DNA of 21,132 nucleotides from Promethearchaeota archaeon (GTDB lineage Archaea; Asgardarchaeota; Lokiarchaeia; Sigyniarchaeales; SOKP01). How positions within the stretch are numbered: position 1 is the first letter of the stretch; every line of letters starts with the position of its first letter. The notes under the pieces are model-generated. The model made no database searches, was not told the DNA's origin, and saw only the letters and a program-made list of their open reading frames with translations. Both the position numbers and the translations under genes were made by a program. The DNA lies in NCBI GenBank assembly GCA_016839585.1, contig JAEOTZ010000027.1, positions 1 to 21,132 of the forward strand. Direction: 5' to 3'. This document shows, one piece after another, positions 17,597 to 21,132 of this stretch.

Positions 17597-19042
17597 ATGG
17601 AATTGAATCTTGATCATTTAGAAGAAAATATTGACCAAATAGGTATTAAAGAGGCATCGGCTTTATTAAAAGAATTGATTGTAAATTCAAAAGATCCTCT
17701 ATCTCGGCAAAAAGCGTTAAAAATCTTTAGTTCAATTGATAATGGTAAAAACTTCAATTTTTATGAACAGTTATTTCTTTCTGATGAAAATTTTATTATT
17801 AGGCTAGAAACAGGATACATTTTAAGAGATAAATATCTTAATTATAAGAAATTTGTAACTCTTTTAGAATATACTTTAAATAAACTTGATAATGTACAAC
17901 AGAAACTTCTTGCTGTAGAAATACTAAATCTAATAAATACAACAAATTCAAGAAAAATTATAATTGATTATCTAAAGAGATTGATAAAAACAGAGTTTAA
18001 AAGTAAATTTGAAAAATTTTTCAATAGAATATTAACAGATGAACTTGAAAATTCAATTCCAAGTACGATTATAGATACTTGTATTAATTTAATTCTATAC
18101 GATTATTACTCTAATAAATGTAGATACCATATTACAACGAGAGAAGGAAAAATTGTATCATTAAACTGTGAAGGATCCAATTTGAAAAAGATCACAGAGA
18201 TTCTAGAATTTAATAGATTAATAGATTTAGAACATCTTTTACTCCAAAGAAATAAAATTAAAAATATTGAGGGTTTTGCACATCTAAATAGATTAAAGAC
18301 TCTAAATCTTAGTAATAATCAGTTAGGAAGAATAGAAAACTTAGAAGTTTTAAAAGAAACTTTAGAAGAATTAGATTTATCAAATAATAAGATTGAAAAG
18401 ATAGAAAATCTAGAACCATTAAGAAATTTGAGGAAATTATCTTTAGAATCTAATTTGATTAAGGAAATTGAGGGATTAGAAAATTTAGTAAATTTAGAAG
18501 AGTTAATCTTAAGTAGTAATAACATTAGAGTTATTAAGACTCTAAACTATTTGTTAAAATTGAGAAAGCTAAATCTCTCTTTCAATAAATTAGAGAAGAT
18601 CTCAGGCGTAAATAAATTAAGAAATTTATTATGGTTGTATTTAAATAATAATTTAATTAAATTTATTGAAAATCTTGATACTTTAAAAGATCTAAAGGGA
18701 CTTTATCTCTCAAATAATTGTATTAAGACAATAAAAAATTTAAAAAATTTAACAAATCTAAGAAAATTAGAATTATCAAATAATAGTATCCAGAGAATTC
18801 AAGGATTGGAAAACCTCAGAAAACTTCAAGAAATATTTTTAGATAAAAATAACATAAGTAAATTGGAGGGTTTAGATAATTTAGAGAATTTAATAATTCT
18901 TTTTCTTGAAAATAATGAAATTTCAGAGTTTAGTAATGAGAGTATTGAGAATTTAAAGAACCTTAATTTTATATTCTTAAATGAAAATCCATTAACACCA
19001 AAAAGTTGGGAAATTTATAGGAAAAAGACTAAATATCCATAA
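17597..19042 (+). CDS. Leucine-rich repeat protein (about 12 SDS22-type 22-aa LRRs) with an N-terminal helical/HEAT-like region
   Basis: Repeats such as LEELDLSNNKIEKIENLEPLRN, LRKLSLESNLIKEIEGLENLVN, LRKLELSNNSIQRIQGLENLRK; terminal LNENPL; no signal peptide or TM segment apparent. Confidence 0.93.
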   Translation: MELNLDHLEENIDQIGIKEASALLKELIVNSKDPLSRQKALKIFSSIDNGKNFNFYEQLFLSDENFIIRLETGYILRDKYLNYKKFVTLLEYTLNKLDNVQQKLLAVEILNLINTTNSRKIIIDYLKRLIKTEFKSKFEKFFNRILTDELENSIPSTIIDTCINLILYDYYSNKCRYHITTREGKIVSLNCEGSNLKKITEILEFNRLIDLEHLLLQRNKIKNIEGFAHLNRLKTLNLSNNQLGRIENLEVLKETLEELDLSNNKIEKIENLEPLRNLRKLSLESNLIKEIEGLENLVNLEELILSSNNIRVIKTLNYLLKLRKLNLSFNKLEKISGVNKLRNLLWLYLNNNLIKFIENLDTLKDLKGLYLSNNCIKTIKNLKNLTNLRKLELSNNSIQRIQGLENLRKLQEIFLDKNNISKLEGLDNLENLIILFLENNEISEFSNESIENLKNLNFIFLNENPLTPKSWEIYRKKTKYP

Positions 19043-19619
19043 GAAAAATCTCTATCTCTTTGTTTTTTAGGTAATCATCAATCCATATTTCCATTAATGT
19101 CTCATCATAATAATTTGAATCTATATAAAATTGATTTTTTCTTATCCCTATGATTCTAAAACCTAATTTTTTATAAAGATGTTTTGCTCTTTCATTATTT
19201 GAGAAACAGCTTAAGATAATTTTTTCTTTATGATTTAAATGTTTAGATGCTTTTATTGCTATATCAATTAAATTTCTGCCGATACCTAAGTCGCGATACT
19301 TTCTTTTAACTATAATACCTAATAAACCAACATGAGAAGCAGCATCCCATTCTGAGTTTGAAATCTCACAATGGCCAATAATATTATATGGAGGATTACG
19401 TTCTGGGAGTTCAGCAATAAAACATATCTCATTTTCTTTTTTAATATTATGATACCAAGATTCTTTCTCTAATTGAGTTCTTACTGGATAAAAAACAGGA
19501 ATGTATATTCCTTCTTCTATGACTTCATTGAAATTGTCCCAAACGCCTTCTACATCAGATTTTTTTATATGTCTAAAGATAATTTTTTCTCTGTTTTTTA
19601 ACTCTAAGACCTTTTTCAT
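19029..19619 (-). CDS. GNAT family N-acetyltransferase
   Basis: Motif A LGIIVKRKYRDLGIGRNLI and motif B NNERAKHLYKKLGF; overlaps the convergent LRR gene by 14 bp. Confidence 0.9.
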   Translation of the reverse strand: MKKVLELKNREKIIFRHIKKSDVEGVWDNFNEVIEEGIYIPVFYPVRTQLEKESWYHNIKKENEICFIAELPERNPPYNIIGHCEISNSEWDAASHVGLLGIIVKRKYRDLGIGRNLIDIAIKASKHLNHKEKIILSCFSNNERAKHLYKKLGFRIIGIRKNQFYIDSNYYDETLMEIWIDDYLKNKEIEIFLMDI

Positions 19620-19664
19620 TATTTAAATATAAATTTTTATAATTAAATTCCTTATGGTAATATT

Positions 19665-20123
19665 ATGGAAAAAGAAAATGATGAGCAAGTAAAAAAAGAG
19701 ATCAAAGAAAAAGAAAAAACTAAAGCTTATATTGACAATATCTCTCGACATAAAAAGCAACCAATAGCAAAAGACTTAGTTAATTTGAAACATGTTGAGG
19801 TAAAGAAGCAAGAAGTTAGCCAAGAAACAATGGACCTTGCCCAAACTTTAAAAGAACAATACTTAGAACATGACCAGTTTGAAAGGCTTTCAAATGATGA
19901 AATCACCATACTTGAATCTATTATGGACAAAAGATTATTCTTAACTCGCATTGCGATAATTTCAAATCAAAGTAGAATCCCATTAGGGATAGAACCTTTT
20001 AAAAAAGCAGATTTAGAAAAACTTTTAGATGGTCTTATCTCTAAGGGATATATTAATATAGAAAAAGTAGAGGATAAAATAGTTTATTATCTTACAGAAA
20101 GAGGTAAATATCGAGTTCAATAG
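19665..20123 (+). CDS. Hypothetical protein with C-terminal winged-helix-like domain
   Basis: LSNDEITILESI...ADLEKLLDGLISKGYINIEKVEDKIVYYLTERGK is a typical wHTH recognition helix, wing and LTxxG; charged N-terminus. Confidence 0.7.
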   Translation: MEKENDEQVKKEIKEKEKTKAYIDNISRHKKQPIAKDLVNLKHVEVKKQEVSQETMDLAQTLKEQYLEHDQFERLSNDEITILESIMDKRLFLTRIAIISNQSRIPLGIEPFKKADLEKLLDGLISKGYINIEKVEDKIVYYLTERGKYRVQ

Positions 20124-20254
20124 ATTATATAAACTACTTAATTCTTCTTTAAAAATTCAATATTTTACATTTATGTTTATAACATATGACTAATTCTTAA
20201 ATTAATAATTTCTTTAAGTTTATTTATCAAAACAATTAAGATGGTTAAGAGAAG

Positions 20255-20788
20255 ATGCTTGAAGGTAAGAATGTGAATTTGAGGATTCGTGAGAAGGAGG
20301 ATTTACCACTGATTGCAGAATGGTTTAATAATCCAGAGTTCTGGGGTGCATTTTTTTCACCTCTACAGAGGTCCAGATTAGAGATGAAAAAGGCACAGGA
20401 TAATAATCCTTTTGAATTTGAGAGTTTCATTATTGAGAAGAAAGACGGAACCAAAATTGGTCTTATATCTTACTTTAACATGTTGCATCCCATGGGGAAA
20501 TTGTTGGAAATTGGTTTTACTTTAGTTCCAAATGAAAGGAGAAAAGGCTACTGCACTGAAGCTGCCAAGATTATGGTTGACTATTTGTTTCTTTCAAAAG
20601 AAATAGTCTGTATCCAAGCCCTTACTGATATCGGAAATGTAGCTTCTCAGAAAGTTTTAGAAAATGTCGGTTTTAAAAAGGAAGGAGTGATTCGTAAACG
20701 TTTTTTCACAAGAGGAGAATGGAGAGAAATTTGGTTTCATAGTATTCTCAGAGAAGAATGGAAAGAACCAAAAATTTTAAAAAATTAA
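20255..20788 (+). CDS. RimJ/RimL-like GNAT N-acetyltransferase
   Basis: LEGKNVNLR, EIGFTLVPNERRKGYCTEA, NVASQKVLENVGFKKEGVIR, SILREEW. Confidence 0.92.
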   Translation: MLEGKNVNLRIREKEDLPLIAEWFNNPEFWGAFFSPLQRSRLEMKKAQDNNPFEFESFIIEKKDGTKIGLISYFNMLHPMGKLLEIGFTLVPNERRKGYCTEAAKIMVDYLFLSKEIVCIQALTDIGNVASQKVLENVGFKKEGVIRKRFFTRGEWREIWFHSILREEWKEPKILKN

Positions 20789-20809
20789 TAAATAGAAAAT
20801 TATTATTTA

Positions 20810-21127
20810 TTAATCTTTTTTCAAAATCAGTTTGTTTATAGCTATATCTTGAAATTCACCGTTTGGATTCTCGCGCCTGATGGTTAATGGCAAGATACCT
20901 GCCTTTAACTCTAATTGAGCAATTTTGATTGGATCTATCATGTTTTTAGGTTTTTCCACTAACATAGGCGCCCCAAATGAGATTTGCAGACTTCTCGCCC
21001 CTACTATCCTAGCTTTCTCATATCTAGTTAAAAAAATTGTTCCTATCTTGACATACTTTCTGACTTCTTTATAAATTTTTCTTAATTCTCGAGATTCTAA
21101 GAAGCTAGACATGGTTTTGCAAACCAA
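20810..21127 (-). CDS. rpoK: DNA-directed RNA polymerase subunit K (Rpo6/RPB6)
   Basis: [22 protein letters not shown]...[21 protein letters not shown]. Start uncertain (ATG 21112 or TTG 21127); the frame is open to the window edge. Confidence 0.95.
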   Translation of the reverse strand: MVCKTMSSFLESRELRKIYKEVRKYVKIGTIFLTRYEKARIVGARSLQISFGAPMLVEKPKNMIDPIKIAQLELKAGILPLTIRRENPNGEFQDIAINKLILKKD

Positions 21128-21132
21128 AAAAA

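Noticed and set aside
15425-20454. ORFs 15425-15631, 16025-16372, 17048-17269, 18319-18525, 19727-19951, 20245-20454 (also 1385-1582)
   Set aside because: They overlap stronger genes or are low-complexity translations of AT-rich DNA.

Overview
AT-rich archaeal DNA that looks like an Asgard archaeon (Lokiarchaeia-like), judged from a bona fide actin, a Rab-like small GTPase, an SDS22-type LRR protein and an archaeal RpoK/Rpo6. From left to right: a Rab-like GTPase cut by the window edge (missing from the ORF track), an Lrp/AsnC regulator and a small Cys-rich protein. Next comes a ~12.8 kb redox operon: hdrC-hdrB, a split two-module hdrA pair, an mvhD with a C-terminal HTH-like extension, a fused 1003-aa two-module hdrA, mvhD/flxD-flxC-flxB-flxA and an FrhB/FpoF-like F420-binding subunit. 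The operon has no hydrogenase or formate dehydrogenase catalytic subunit. After it come an orphan Zn-finger-like protein, Lokiactin (divergent from a helical+LRR protein), two GNAT acetyltransferases, a winged-helix protein and rpoK. The best candidates for undescribed biology are (i) an expanded Flx-Hdr electron-bifurcation assembly with four flavin modules and both NAD(P)H and F420 ports, and (ii) an actin-LRR-GNAT neighbourhood, where the actin gene also shows an internal GC step. All family calls come from reading motifs by eye; no searches were run.
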